Assembly: GCA_964611985.1 (NCBI GenBank)
Contig: CAZTBM010000006.1
Coordinates: forward strand, 470-64,469
Reading direction: 5' to 3'
Length of the DNA stretch: 64,000 bases
Source of the DNA: an uncultured Desulfurococcales archaeon
Lineage (GTDB): Archaea; Thermoproteota; Thermoprotei_A; CAZTBM01; SZUA-1508
Position 1 is the stretch's first letter, and every line of letters begins with the position of its first letter. Positions 1 to 10,229 of this stretch are shown here, piece after piece. Under the pieces are notes generated by a model that did not search any database, was not told the DNA's origin, and worked only from the letters and a program-made list of their open reading frames with translations. A program made the translations under genes and the position numbers.

Positions 1-54
1 AAAGTTACCAACTTTTTCCACTGGTGAAAAGGTGAAAGGATGTGGTCTTTAAAA

Positions 55-1914
55 TTAGATTTTCTTTACTATCCCTGCTGCTTCTAGTATGTCGAACAAT
101 TTCTTTACTTTCTCTTTATCAACTTTTCCAGGATACTCTACATTTAGTATTTCATAAACTTCATCTATAGATCTTGGAATATCAAGTAGCATTAGCATTT
201 CATGGATTATTGTATGTAAGTATTTATTTTTATCAAGAAAGTCTATTATTTCATCGATTTTGTCTTCACCTAGAACATCTACGTATTCCCTGATACTGAA
301 AGGTCCTTTATACATTCTGATATATTTCGTATTATCACCTTTACTCTTGCTATTATTGATTACTATGGCGCCTCTTAGCTCTTTTCTTGCATCACTTACA
401 AATCTACTTAGGGCAGTATCTGATGGATTAATTTTCATAATTGATTCAAGAGTTTTATCAAGAACATTTAGTAATAGAGATGCCGAGTTCTTTGAGATTG
501 TAGATGACATCTCAATTAATTTAGAATAGTAGTATTTTAAACACCAATTCTTAACGTGATTCACTAGACTAATATAATCTTTCTCATTAATATAGGCTAA
601 ATACGCTAATGTTGAGGCAGCGGTTAAACCAATTAGTTTAAGTGTTTCTCGGCTTACCTTATCCACAGAATCCATATCAGTGTGGTAATACTTATCGGGC
701 CAATTGACAAACATTACCGACGGTATATTAAAGTCATTTAATACGTCATGGTCACTTCCATAATCGTATGATGATATAGTGTATTTTAATAAAGGAAGTC
801 TTATAAGATTGCTGAAGGATTTACCTCCATGGAGGATAGTATTTGCCGCTAGCTCTACGATAGCATTAATGAATGATGGTCTTGATAAGGGTGTATAGGT
901 TATAAGAAGTGATGAACCACATTTAGATTGATCTTCACCTACCATATCGAGGTTGAGCATGGCTATAGTATACTTGGATACCCTTTCATCATTTGATATT
1001 AGAGCAAGAGTGCCATAGTATTCCGGAACCCATATAAATCTTAAAGTGAAATTGGTTTTCTCACGCATTTTTACAATTTTTGATAGTACACGTGCTATCT
1101 CAAGAAGTAAGGCTGAACCTGACGCATTATCATTTACTCCTGGCTTAGGATGACATATATGGGATATAGCACCATATCCTATTTTATTTTTACCCTTAAT
1201 TTCGGCGTATACTACTGGTAGTTCCATACTTTCATGGTATGAAGAATTAATGTATAATTGTACTACCACATCCTCGCCCTTTTCTAATAATGAGATAAGT
1301 CTTCTAGCTAGTGCTTCAGGTATTGATGCAAAAGGTACACGGCCATACCTATCTAGCTCCTTACGCGTCAAAAATAAACCTATATAAGGTGTCCCTTCAG
1401 GGCATGGAGAATTGGCCTTGAAGTAAAGTACTGCTTGTGCCCCATGCTTACAAGCATATTTGTAAATTTTGTACCTATTACCATAAGTTAAGACTATCTT
1501 ACCCTTAACATTAACCCAAGACTTCAGTTTACTACCATCACCAATATAGATAAGCTTACCAGTAACCCCCTCTGGTGGTGTAGGTGGAGAATGAGCAACA
1601 ACCATAGTGGGATGATCCGAGAACTTGAGGAGCATTTCCTCTTTAGGTTTAATTAATTTTAAATAGGCATCGTTAATTGTCCATGGCATAGGTGTTGTGA
1701 GAGTATAGTATCTTGTTTTACCATCGTATATGAAGGATTTCCATTCAACATGTAAATCGTACTCTTTTAGAATCCTGTAAACATACTTTGATGCTTCAAT
1801 TAACCCTGGTGAACCTTGTATCCTATGATAACGTGCTATCATATTTATATGATTAAATACATTGCCTATGCTTAACTCCTCAGTAACATATTTGATGACA
1901 TAATTAAGCTCCAT
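55..1914 (-). CDS. M28-family metallopeptidase / aminopeptidase-like protein
   Basis: 619-aa ORF. The motif HPKPGVNDNASGSALLLEIARVL resembles the metal-ligand region of M28 aminopeptidases. A small helical C-terminal domain follows. Confidence 0.6.
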   Translation of the reverse strand: MELNYVIKYVTEELSIGNVFNHINMIARYHRIQGSPGLIEASKYVYRILKEYDLHVEWKSFIYDGKTRYYTLTTPMPWTINDAYLKLIKPKEEMLLKFSDHPTMVVAHSPPTPPEGVTGKLIYIGDGSKLKSWVNVKGKIVLTYGNRYKIYKYACKHGAQAVLYFKANSPCPEGTPYIGLFLTRKELDRYGRVPFASIPEALARRLISLLEKGEDVVVQLYINSSYHESMELPVVYAEIKGKNKIGYGAISHICHPKPGVNDNASGSALLLEIARVLSKIVKMREKTNFTLRFIWVPEYYGTLALISNDERVSKYTIAMLNLDMVGEDQSKCGSSLLITYTPLSRPSFINAIVELAANTILHGGKSFSNLIRLPLLKYTISSYDYGSDHDVLNDFNIPSVMFVNWPDKYYHTDMDSVDKVSRETLKLIGLTAASTLAYLAYINEKDYISLVNHVKNWCLKYYYSKLIEMSSTISKNSASLLLNVLDKTLESIMKINPSDTALSRFVSDARKELRGAIVINNSKSKGDNTKYIRMYKGPFSIREYVDVLGEDKIDEIIDFLDKNKYLHTIIHEMLMLLDIPRSIDEVYEILNVEYPGKVDKEKVKKLFDILEAAGIVKKI

Positions 1915-2052
1915 AAATACTACACCTAAATACCATTATGAAATGCTAGTAAATGAAATATAAGAGTTTTCCATCTATGTGAAATAGATAAATATAACAC
2001 ATTCATAGTAATTCATAATCTTATGAGAGTCTAATAAATAAGGAGGATACAC

Positions 2053-3447
2053 ATGGACAGCAGCCTATTATATAAACTCTCTTCTTATACTACGAAGGAC
2101 ATAAAGAAATCTGTGAATATGATAATAGAGTATGGAGGATACATAGCTAAGGCGGCAATCTTTAATTATTATCCTATAGTAATATGTCATGCTAAAGGTT
2201 GTAAGGTATATGATATTGATGGTAACGAATATATAGACTTTCTTTCAAGCGCAACAGTATTTAGTACTGGGCATCAAAATGAGTTCATTCTATCTGCATT
2301 ACGTAAACAATTAGAGAAACTCGTACATTATATCAATACGTATTTCTATACTGAACTACCATTAATGTTAGCTAAGGAGCTTGTTAATATAGCTCCTGGC
2401 AAATTTGAGAAAAGAGTTTTCTATGCATTATCAGGTTCGGAGGCTATGGACTTTTCCATTAAATGTGTAAGATCAGCTACTGGAAGAAAAGCACTCATAT
2501 CATTCTATGGATCATTTCATGGAACCACATTCGCTACTACAGCTATATCACCTGTAACTAGCAGTATGCGTAGAGGACTAGAACCATTAATACCATCGGT
2601 ATACTACTCTATCTTTCCTGACTGTTTACGCTGCCCGCTTAAGCAGCATTATCCAGAGTGTGGTGTTGCTTGCCTATCAATATTAGAGGACATATTACAT
2701 TATGTGGTTGACCCCGATGACGTTGCTGGAATATTTACTGAGCCTATTCAAGGAGATGCAGGTGTTATAGTACCTCCTAAGGAGTTTATGATCAAGTTAC
2801 GAAAAATATGCGATGATTACAATATACCATTAGTCGTAGATGAAATACAGACTGGGCTTGGTAGAGTAGGATACTGGTTTGCCATAGAGTATTTTGGTAT
2901 AGAGGCTGACTTACTAGTTCTAGGTAAATCTTTAGGCGGGGGTTTACCACTATCGGCAGTTATTGGTAAAGCCAGCTTAATAGATGAATGGAAAGGATAC
3001 GCTGAAATGCCTAGTATGGCAGGACATTCGTTAGCTTGTGCAACAGCAATAGCCAACATAGAGTACATCAAGACTCGGAGGATACTAGAGGAAGTGAGAA
3101 AGAAAGAAGACTACCTACGTAGAAGACTTAGAGAACTCGAGAGTAAATATGATATCATAGGTGATATTAGAGGATTAGGTTTACTCTACGGTATAGATAT
3201 AGTTGAAGACAAGGATTCTTTGAAGCCTAGTAAGAAGAGTGCATTAAAGATTGTTTGGAGAGCCTGGGAATTAGGGTTATTAACCATGACCATAGGTAAA
3301 TATGGTAATGTCATTAGAATTATTCCGCCACTAACAATATCAATTGAGGAGTTAGAGAGAGGCTTAAATATAATAGACCAGGCTATAAGAGATGTGATCA
3401 ACGGAAAAGTTAGTGATCTAGTCCTTGAGTTTATGAGAGGCTGGTAG
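2053..3447 (+). CDS. Class-III PLP-dependent aminotransferase (4-aminobutyrate/ornithine-type)
   Basis: 464 aa. Motifs LSGSEAMD, VVDEIQTGLGRVGYWFA and LGKSLGGGLPLSAV (PLP-lysine region). A GGAGG Shine-Dalgarno-like sequence lies 8 nt upstream of the ATG. Confidence 0.85.
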   Translation: MDSSLLYKLSSYTTKDIKKSVNMIIEYGGYIAKAAIFNYYPIVICHAKGCKVYDIDGNEYIDFLSSATVFSTGHQNEFILSALRKQLEKLVHYINTYFYTELPLMLAKELVNIAPGKFEKRVFYALSGSEAMDFSIKCVRSATGRKALISFYGSFHGTTFATTAISPVTSSMRRGLEPLIPSVYYSIFPDCLRCPLKQHYPECGVACLSILEDILHYVVDPDDVAGIFTEPIQGDAGVIVPPKEFMIKLRKICDDYNIPLVVDEIQTGLGRVGYWFAIEYFGIEADLLVLGKSLGGGLPLSAVIGKASLIDEWKGYAEMPSMAGHSLACATAIANIEYIKTRRILEEVRKKEDYLRRRLRELESKYDIIGDIRGLGLLYGIDIVEDKDSLKPSKKSALKIVWRAWELGLLTMTIGKYGNVIRIIPPLTISIEELERGLNIIDQAIRDVINGKVSDLVLEFMRGW

Positions 3448-4368
3448 GAAACATTCCCTCCTAAAAGGACAAGTTCTGCACCTCTTTTTACTACAATACA
3501 TTTTGTCATGGACATAAGCTACTGTCTGAACCCAGCCACTCAATGGGCCAAAATATCTAGTGGACAAATAGTATAAACATTTAGAGTTATAGGGGCAAAG
3601 CTCACAAGAGTATTTGATACACATATGTTTGTTGGGTAAATATCTATAGTTTAGCAGGTTTAGCCGTTTAACAAATCTTTGATAGTGTATATCACATGGA
3701 GTACTATGTGAAAGCCTAGAAGAGAAAAGTATGAAAGCATCAGCCGACTTGGTGCCAAACCACTTAATTCTTAATAGGTATTTTCTTAAACAGGCTAGAT
3801 CACGATTAATGAAATAATTGTTTAACATCTCCCTTATACTTAAATAGTCTTTAAGAGAGTCCTTTAGCTGCAGAACTTGATAACTTGTTGAAATCTCTTC
3901 TAAATTTAAACTCAAAATATCATCAATACTATTAACTAGACTGAATAGCTTTCTACACCATCTAACGGTGTTTAAGTGAAAGTTTGTTCTACGTGCAAGT
4001 GCAACGGCAACAAAGATGTAACCTCTTTCAACATTGTTGATAGAAAGCCTTAGGCTTTGATACTTACTAATTAGGGGCTCTATAAGTTCTCTTTTACCTC
4101 TAGGTAATTTACTATACTGTTCTAGAGGGTCAAACCATAAACCCGTTATATCTAGGATATATTCTAAGCTAACCTTATATTTATTATCATAATTAACTTT
4201 TATGAAGCCTTCTCTATTAAACTCTAAAACTAATTTTATCTTACCATATACTTTAGCCCATTTCGTATTATTTATTTGCTCAAAAAACACATAGTTAAAT
4301 GAGGGAAAAAGGGTCAGGGCAAAATCGTATGTATTATTATCGAACTTTAGTTCAATCACTGGCATCAC
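3418..4368 (-). CDS. HhH-GPD superfamily DNA glycosylase/lyase-like protein with two Cys4 motifs
   Basis: 316 aa. HhH-like WFGTKSADAFILFS followed by PCDIHYQRFVKRLNL (compare EndoIII PVDTHVxRVxxRLG). Two C-X4-C-X2-C-X5-C motifs (CIKYSCELCPYNSKC and CSKKRCRTCPFRREC). Confidence 0.5.
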   Translation of the reverse strand: MMPVIELKFDNNTYDFALTLFPSFNYVFFEQINNTKWAKVYGKIKLVLEFNREGFIKVNYDNKYKVSLEYILDITGLWFDPLEQYSKLPRGKRELIEPLISKYQSLRLSINNVERGYIFVAVALARRTNFHLNTVRWCRKLFSLVNSIDDILSLNLEEISTSYQVLQLKDSLKDYLSIREMLNNYFINRDLACLRKYLLRIKWFGTKSADAFILFSSRLSHSTPCDIHYQRFVKRLNLLNYRYLPNKHMCIKYSCELCPYNSKCLYYLSTRYFGPLSGWVQTVAYVHDKMYCSKKRCRTCPFRRECFLPASHKLKD

Positions 4369-4468
4369 TTTACAATATTCTTAATTCATATTTTAATATT
4401 TTAGTTATCTCCATTAGCAAGAAAGTGTTATTAATTCCTCTTTAATCTATAACTTACGGGTTTGCTCC

Positions 4469-5146
4469 ATGATAGAGGATATAATAGTAACTAATGAAGT
4501 TAAGGAGAAAGGAGTATTCATAGCATATGCTCAAGTTTCAGAAGTTAATGTTGAACAGTCGGGTGAGGAAATTCATACCCTATATGAGCAAGTTAAAAGA
4601 GGAATCATTAATAAATTTAAATTGGAGAAGTTGAAGGAAGACCCTATTGTTAAAGCTTATAGAAAATTCTACTGGAGTATAAGTATTGATCCTACAAAGC
4701 AGAGACCTAGCAGTGAGGCTTTAGTACGTAGAATACTTAGAGGTCTAGATATACCATTCATAAATAATATTGTTGACATAGGTAACATTGTAAGTATGCA
4801 AACGTTAATACCTGTGGGAATATATGACGTAGATAAAATTAAAGGGGATGTATTATACCTTAGAGAGGCTAAAGATGGAGAGCTATTCTATCCTATAGGG
4901 GGTAAAGTTGAAAGGTTAATGAAAGGACAAATAGTATTAGCTGATGAGGAAAAGATACTACATGTCTATCCTCACAGGGACAGTGATTTTACAAAAGTTA
5001 CAAAAGCGACTAGAAACATACTAATCGTATCTTGTGGTGTACCAGGAGTTCCTTCAAGTTTAGTATATGGTACGGTAAGCAAAATTATAAACATAGTACT
5101 AGAATATGTAGGAGGCAAACCTATAGGAAATATTGTGATAAAATAA
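4469..5146 (+). CDS. Stand-alone B3/B4 tRNA-binding domain protein (PheRS beta-like)
   Basis: 225 aa. IDPTKQRPSSEALVRRILRG...INNIVDIGNIVSMQTLIPVGIYD matches the B3/4 domain pattern from memory. Confidence 0.7.
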   Translation: MIEDIIVTNEVKEKGVFIAYAQVSEVNVEQSGEEIHTLYEQVKRGIINKFKLEKLKEDPIVKAYRKFYWSISIDPTKQRPSSEALVRRILRGLDIPFINNIVDIGNIVSMQTLIPVGIYDVDKIKGDVLYLREAKDGELFYPIGGKVERLMKGQIVLADEEKILHVYPHRDSDFTKVTKATRNILIVSCGVPGVPSSLVYGTVSKIINIVLEYVGGKPIGNIVIK

Positions 5147-5164
5147 TGTCAGTCGCCTATAAAA

Positions 5165-5222
5165 TCATGTGATGAATGCATGTCAGGCTGAACCGTGATG
5201 ATCACGGCCGTGAGCTGATTTC
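5165..5222 (+). ncRNA. C/D-box sRNA (2'-O-methylation guide)
   Basis: C box GTGATGA 5169-5175, 12-nt spacer, D' CTGA 5188-5191, 3 nt, C' GTGATGA 5195-5201, 13-nt spacer, D CTGA 5215-5218. It is intergenic and GC-rich against an AT-rich background. Confidence 0.7.
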
Positions 5223-5348
5223 CATTTTTAATCTAGATACTAAGGTTAAATGTTGTTAAGTTTCTTTATTATGAGAACAACTATTAATAATCAATATGTT
5301 AACATTTATCATAGATAAACGCCCTAAGGATTTCCTGGAGGGTTCACC

Positions 5349-6695
5349 ATGAACATAGTAGTTATAGGTTATGGTACTGCGGGTATGACTGCAGCATCTT
5401 ATGCGAAGCTTGTAAATAGGAAAGTGAAAGTTACGGTTTTTGAAAAACGAGGTTATGCTGTTTATCATCCATGTTCAATACCTGATGTTCTTGCAAGAAT
5501 TATTGATAGTTGGGATAAGCTTAGAGAACCTGCAGTAAAGATGCCAGGACTAACTGTACATACTGGTATGGAAGTATATGATATAGATCACGATAATAGG
5601 GTTGTCTATGCAAGAAATGTTAGAGGAGGAGAGGAAGTAAAGGTAGAATACGATAAACTAATTTTAGCCACAGGCTCCACTCCCCGCATTCCACGTGGGC
5701 TTCCCGGCATAGATTTGAATGGTGTTTTTACAGTAAAGACAGTTGAAGATGGTGAAAGAATTGATAAGTGGATAAGTAATGCTAAAAACATAATAGTTGT
5801 TGGTGGTGGAGCTATAGGTATAGAGGTTGCCTCAGCACTTGTTAAAAGAGGATATAAGGTTACATTATTTAATAAGTCAAAATTTCTAGCCCGAGGATTC
5901 TTGGACGACGATATGTCGTTAAGGATTTTAAGACTGTTACGTGAGAATGGAGTAAACGTTATTGTAGAGGATACAGTTGCCGAAATAAAAGGTAAGGAGA
6001 AAGTGGAGAAGATTGTGACTACTAAAGGCGAAACTCTAGATGCTGATGCAGTAATTTTTGCTATTGGCGTTATTGCTGAAACATCTCTAGCTAAAAAGAT
6101 TGGTGTAGAGCTCACAAGTAGAGGTCTAGTAAAAGTTAATGAGAGAATGGAGACATCAGTTAAGGATGTATACGCTGCAGGCGATATAATAGAGATTAAG
6201 GATTTAATTACAGGTAAGCCTACAGTCCTACAATTAGCCAGTGTTGCATTTAGAGAGGGCAGGGTTGCTGGCATAAATGCTGCTGGGGGCAACGCTATAT
6301 TTCCAGGAGCTATAAGAAATGTTATAGTCCATACACCATGGTTCCACTTTGGAGGCGTAGGTATAACAAGTAGAGAAGCTAAGGAACTAGGTTTTGATGT
6401 TGTCTCAATAACCACATCTGCATGGATCAAACCAGAGTTTTATAGTGATGCAACAAAGATAACAATTAAGCTAATAGCAGACAGGAATAGTAGAAGAATA
6501 CTTGGAGCTCAAGTAATAGGCGAATATGGTGTTGAAAGGGAGTTAAATATAGTCTCAGTGATGCTAAAGAATAATATGACTGTTGAAGAAGTACTGAACG
6601 TAGATACGGCTTATACTCCAACAGTCTCAGATGTGTATGATCCACTATATGTTGTGGCTGAGGCAGTCTTAAGGAGAATAAAGAGAAAAATGTAG
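5349..6695 (+). CDS. FAD-dependent pyridine nucleotide-disulfide oxidoreductase (NADH oxidase / CoA-disulfide reductase type)
   Basis: 448 aa. Dinucleotide folds VVIGYGTAGMTAA and IIVVGGGAIGIEVA. Single redox Cys in YHPCSIP. AAGDI motif. Confidence 0.85.
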   Translation: MNIVVIGYGTAGMTAASYAKLVNRKVKVTVFEKRGYAVYHPCSIPDVLARIIDSWDKLREPAVKMPGLTVHTGMEVYDIDHDNRVVYARNVRGGEEVKVEYDKLILATGSTPRIPRGLPGIDLNGVFTVKTVEDGERIDKWISNAKNIIVVGGGAIGIEVASALVKRGYKVTLFNKSKFLARGFLDDDMSLRILRLLRENGVNVIVEDTVAEIKGKEKVEKIVTTKGETLDADAVIFAIGVIAETSLAKKIGVELTSRGLVKVNERMETSVKDVYAAGDIIEIKDLITGKPTVLQLASVAFREGRVAGINAAGGNAIFPGAIRNVIVHTPWFHFGGVGITSREAKELGFDVVSITTSAWIKPEFYSDATKITIKLIADRNSRRILGAQVIGEYGVERELNIVSVMLKNNMTVEEVLNVDTAYTPTVSDVYDPLYVVAEAVLRRIKRKM

Positions 6696-6726
6696 ATCAC
6701 TCTACCTTATTGGTCATATTCAACCA

Positions 6727-7293
6727 TTATTTTTTACCTGCTCTTGCAAATATGAATTTACTTTCTGGTATAGTAAATGCCTTTCCAACTACATGAAGAG
6801 GTATTAGAGCTATTCTCAAGTCCCAGCCATATTTCATGCTATAATATCTTTCCTCAACCTCAGCGTATATTATTTCAGCCACATAAAGCATCTCCTCATT
6901 ACAGTCTACTTTATCTGTGACTACACATTCTAAGTGACCCATCGACTCAGTAATATAAGGTGCGTTAACCTTTTTTCCTTTAACAATACTCCATTTAACA
7001 GTCGCTAATTTATCGATTCTTCTACCACTAGTTGATCCTACATAAAATATTTTATCAATATCATCAGCTGATATGATATTAACTGTAAATTCACCATATC
7101 TTTCAATTAATTCATAAGTGTAGTTTTCTTTCCACATAGCTAAAGCTAATTTAGGTGGTTCATCAGAAACCGGCATTACCCATGATGCAGCCATTATATT
7201 AACTTCTTCATTAAATCTACCTGTGGCAATAACGTATACAGGTCTTGGATGCAAAAGTTTATATTGGTCCTTTTTTATCTCAATTCTTGCCAT
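6727..7293 (-). CDS. Flavin reductase-like FMN-binding domain protein
   Basis: 188 aa. RPVYVIATG...NIMAASWVMPVSDEPPKLALAM is typical of the flavin reductase-like domain. Confidence 0.8.
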   Translation of the reverse strand: MARIEIKKDQYKLLHPRPVYVIATGRFNEEVNIMAASWVMPVSDEPPKLALAMWKENYTYELIERYGEFTVNIISADDIDKIFYVGSTSGRRIDKLATVKWSIVKGKKVNAPYITESMGHLECVVTDKVDCNEEMLYVAEIIYAEVEERYYSMKYGWDLRIALIPLHVVGKAFTIPESKFIFARAGKK

Positions 7294-7387
7294 GATTTAG
7301 ACCCCAAGACGATATGTGTAAAAGTAATAAACCTCTAACTATCTATAAGTTACGAATATAACAATATAAACATAATGGGATATAGAC

Positions 7388-8086
7388 ATGATAAAGGCAG
7401 TCTTCTTCGATTTTGACGGAACACTCATTGACTATAACTCAATGTTACAACAGGCTTGTGAGAGTGCTGCAAGAAAGCTCCATAATATACTTAAAAGTAA
7501 AGGGGTTCACGTAGACTTTAAAGAGATTCTTAGTAAGGTATATGATGCTGAGAGCAGATATGCCAAGACAGAATTTGTAAATAGAGATATCTGGTGGATA
7601 AAGATACTAGAGGAGCTAGGCATAAATGTAAGCTTAGCTGAAGGAGAAGCACGTGAAATAACATTAGCTTACTGGAATGAAATGATGAAAGCAAAACCCT
7701 ATAAGAACGTTAAGTATACTCTTGAATACCTTAAGTCTAAGGGTTATAAACTAGGTATAATAACTAATACCGACGGATTACATAGTATGAAAAGAAAAAG
7801 AATAGAAAAAAGTGGATTAGCAGGATTCTTTGATTTAGTAATAGTAGCAGGTGAGGACACTGAAAAACAAAAGCCTAATGTAGAGCCGTTTCTTAAAGCG
7901 GCAAGGCTATTCAAACTAAAGCCTAATGAATGTATGATGGTTGGAGACACCTTATCTTCAGATATACTAGGGGCTAAGAAAGCGGGTTTCATAACGGTTT
8001 ACCTAAAAGGCAGAGAACATAATGTTAGCTCAGCAGTAGCAGATTACGTAATAGACGATATCATAGAGTTAACTAAAATACTATAA
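7388..8086 (+). CDS. HAD-superfamily hydrolase
   Basis: 232 aa. Motif I FFDFDGTL, ITNTD, KPNVEPF, VGDTLSSDILGAKKAG. Confidence 0.8.
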   Translation: MIKAVFFDFDGTLIDYNSMLQQACESAARKLHNILKSKGVHVDFKEILSKVYDAESRYAKTEFVNRDIWWIKILEELGINVSLAEGEAREITLAYWNEMMKAKPYKNVKYTLEYLKSKGYKLGIITNTDGLHSMKRKRIEKSGLAGFFDLVIVAGEDTEKQKPNVEPFLKAARLFKLKPNECMMVGDTLSSDILGAKKAGFITVYLKGREHNVSSAVADYVIDDIIELTKIL

Positions 8087-8118
8087 GAAATGAGGATGTT
8101 CTAATACTGTGTACAAGA

Positions 8119-8541
8119 TTAGAAAAATCCTATTAACCTACCTCTAGGTATTTTTAGCTTCTCACCAACAAATAATTTAGCAAACCCTATTATCATCTCT
8201 CTAACATCATCAATATTTGTATTAGCTATGACAAGCATTGATAACGGGTATACTTCAAAAGTGTATTCTCTATAATCGTTTAGCTCTATGTTTATGTAAT
8301 GTAATGTATGCCAGCCCCCATCATAAAACATTCTACCACTTGCATGTTTAAAACACTTGATTTCTCCATTAAATAATGTTTTCATCTTTTCAAGAAGACT
8401 TTCACTTTGGGTTAACAATTCTTTTTCCAATCTTTCATACTCTGTATTATCGAACTCGACTATACCGAAGGTTCGGTCTAGATCAGTAAATCTATAAATA
8501 CTAAGTTTCAAGTATACCGCACCTAGAATATTCTCTAACAT
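8119..8541 (-). CDS. Hypothetical protein
   Basis: 140-aa ORF with coding-like composition. No family recognised. Confidence 0.45.
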   Translation of the reverse strand: MLENILGAVYLKLSIYRFTDLDRTFGIVEFDNTEYERLEKELLTQSESLLEKMKTLFNGEIKCFKHASGRMFYDGGWHTLHYINIELNDYREYTFEVYPLSMLVIANTNIDDVREMIIGFAKLFVGEKLKIPRGRLIGFF

Positions 8542-8609
8542 ACAGTGGCATAAGGATTATGCTTATAAAATAAGTAGTTTACAGTAAAGTGAGAAAATGG
8601 TAGGAGCAA

Positions 8610-9614
8610 ATGCCTTATAAAGCTTTATTTGACAGACTAGTTACAAGCCATGTTGGTAGCTTTCCATTAGAGTATAGTATTGAAAATGTGAAGCGAATAA
8701 TAAGTGATCTTGCCGAAATAGGCATAGACGTACCCCCCTATCCACAATTAAGAGACTTTATTGAGATCTACATCCACCCATTAGCATCAGTGAATTTAGT
8801 ATTTAAGGAGGGTAAATACTACAAGGCTAAAGTTAGTGCTCTACTAGAGTCTAAACCCCCCACAATAAGTATAGGAGAAGTAGAGCACTCAAGAAACTAT
8901 TTAAATAAATACAACTTCTTATTATGGAGAGCCCCCGTTACAGGGGTATTCACTATTGCATCAAAAATATATATAGATGATCCTTCGAAAAGTCTTTGGG
9001 CAACAGCAATTACTAATAAAGAATTAGTTATCTCATTCTTTAAAGACTATGTAATTAACATAGTGAAGTACGTGTATAACCTTGGCTATAGATTCATAGT
9101 TCTGGATGAGCCTATGCTTGCAAACATTGTTGGAGCCAAAAGAATACTCTTTAACTATACACATGATGAACTCATAGAGTTGTATGAGGAAATATTCAAA
9201 AGTGTGCCTGAAGACGCTATAAAAGGGATACATGTATGTGGAAGAGTGCCTCCAAGACTTCATGAAATACTATGTGAAGTATCCAGTCTAAAAGTATTAA
9301 ACCATGAATTCAAGGACACTCCTGAAAACATTAACACAATAAGGAAGGATCTTTTAGAAAAGTACGATAAAATCTTAAGCCCTGGTATCGTTAGTTCAAA
9401 AACACCTAGAGTTGAAAGTTTAAGTGAAACCAAAGAGTTTCTGGAAGCAATTCTAAAGAAATTTGGAGATAGGGTTAACATCATATCAGCTGATTGTGGA
9501 TTTGGCGCCTTGAGGGGTACTACTTCAAGTTTAGAGGAGGCCTATAGAATAGGTTTAGAGAAACTCAAAATAGTTGTTCAAACAGTTCAGGAGTTTAATA
9601 AAGTAGCTTTTTAA
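8610..9614 (+). CDS. Cobalamin-independent methionine synthase (MetE C-terminal-like) family protein
   Basis: 334 aa. VGSFP near the N-terminus. Putative Zn ligands IHVCGR (His-x-Cys) and SADCGFG. Confidence 0.6.
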   Translation: MPYKALFDRLVTSHVGSFPLEYSIENVKRIISDLAEIGIDVPPYPQLRDFIEIYIHPLASVNLVFKEGKYYKAKVSALLESKPPTISIGEVEHSRNYLNKYNFLLWRAPVTGVFTIASKIYIDDPSKSLWATAITNKELVISFFKDYVINIVKYVYNLGYRFIVLDEPMLANIVGAKRILFNYTHDELIELYEEIFKSVPEDAIKGIHVCGRVPPRLHEILCEVSSLKVLNHEFKDTPENINTIRKDLLEKYDKILSPGIVSSKTPRVESLSETKEFLEAILKKFGDRVNIISADCGFGALRGTTSSLEEAYRIGLEKLKIVVQTVQEFNKVAF

Positions 9615-9685
9615 AATACCCTTAAATAATCTAAAAGCAATAATTACTACGGATATCCAGTCATTCTACTGCACGGTGTCATATA

Positions 9686-10228
9686 ATGTCGCGACGTAGA
9701 ACTGCTGAAGAGTCTAAAAACAAAATTGATGAAATAAAGAAGTATCTTGAAGAAAGAATTTCGCAATTAAAAAGAGAGCTTGAATACCTAGAGTTACTTC
9801 TAAGCTTTATAGAGTCTGGAGTTATTTCAGAAAAACTACTTTCTAAAGAAATGAAGGTACCTAGACCTGGCGAAGAGGTTATACCATTGAAGACCACTAG
9901 TGGCGAACATATAGCTGACATTTACATTAGTAAAAATGAGATACGAGTTATCCCGCTAGTAGACTTGGACATTAACATTCCACCCTTCAAAACATTCTTA
10001 ATAAACAAGGTTTTTGAAGGGCTAAAGAGAAGAGATAGGGAAGCTGTTGAAAGAGGCTTAATATTACCTAATCAAGCGTTCGATTATGAAATTGATGAAG
10101 AAGATGGTATAATTAGAGAAATAAGGCTAATGAACATAAGTGATGAAAGAAGGAAGATAGAGTTAAAGAGTGCCATTAAATGGACATTAGAAAAGATGTA
10201 CGAGAAAAGAAAACGAAAAAGTAGATGA
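9686..10228 (+). CDS. Hypothetical coiled-coil protein
   Basis: 180 aa. Charged N-terminal helix and basic C-terminal tail. No family recognised. Confidence 0.45.
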   Translation: MSRRRTAEESKNKIDEIKKYLEERISQLKRELEYLELLLSFIESGVISEKLLSKEMKVPRPGEEVIPLKTTSGEHIADIYISKNEIRVIPLVDLDINIPPFKTFLINKVFEGLKRRDREAVERGLILPNQAFDYEIDEEDGIIREIRLMNISDERRKIELKSAIKWTLEKMYEKRKRKSR

Positions 10229-10229
10229 A

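Noticed and set aside
5606-6430. A 274-aa ORF antisense to the NADH oxidase/CoADR gene.
   Set aside because: The translation is low-complexity and Ser/Thr/Pro/Leu-rich. The opposite strand carries unmistakable FAD/NAD-binding motifs. This is a shadow ORF.
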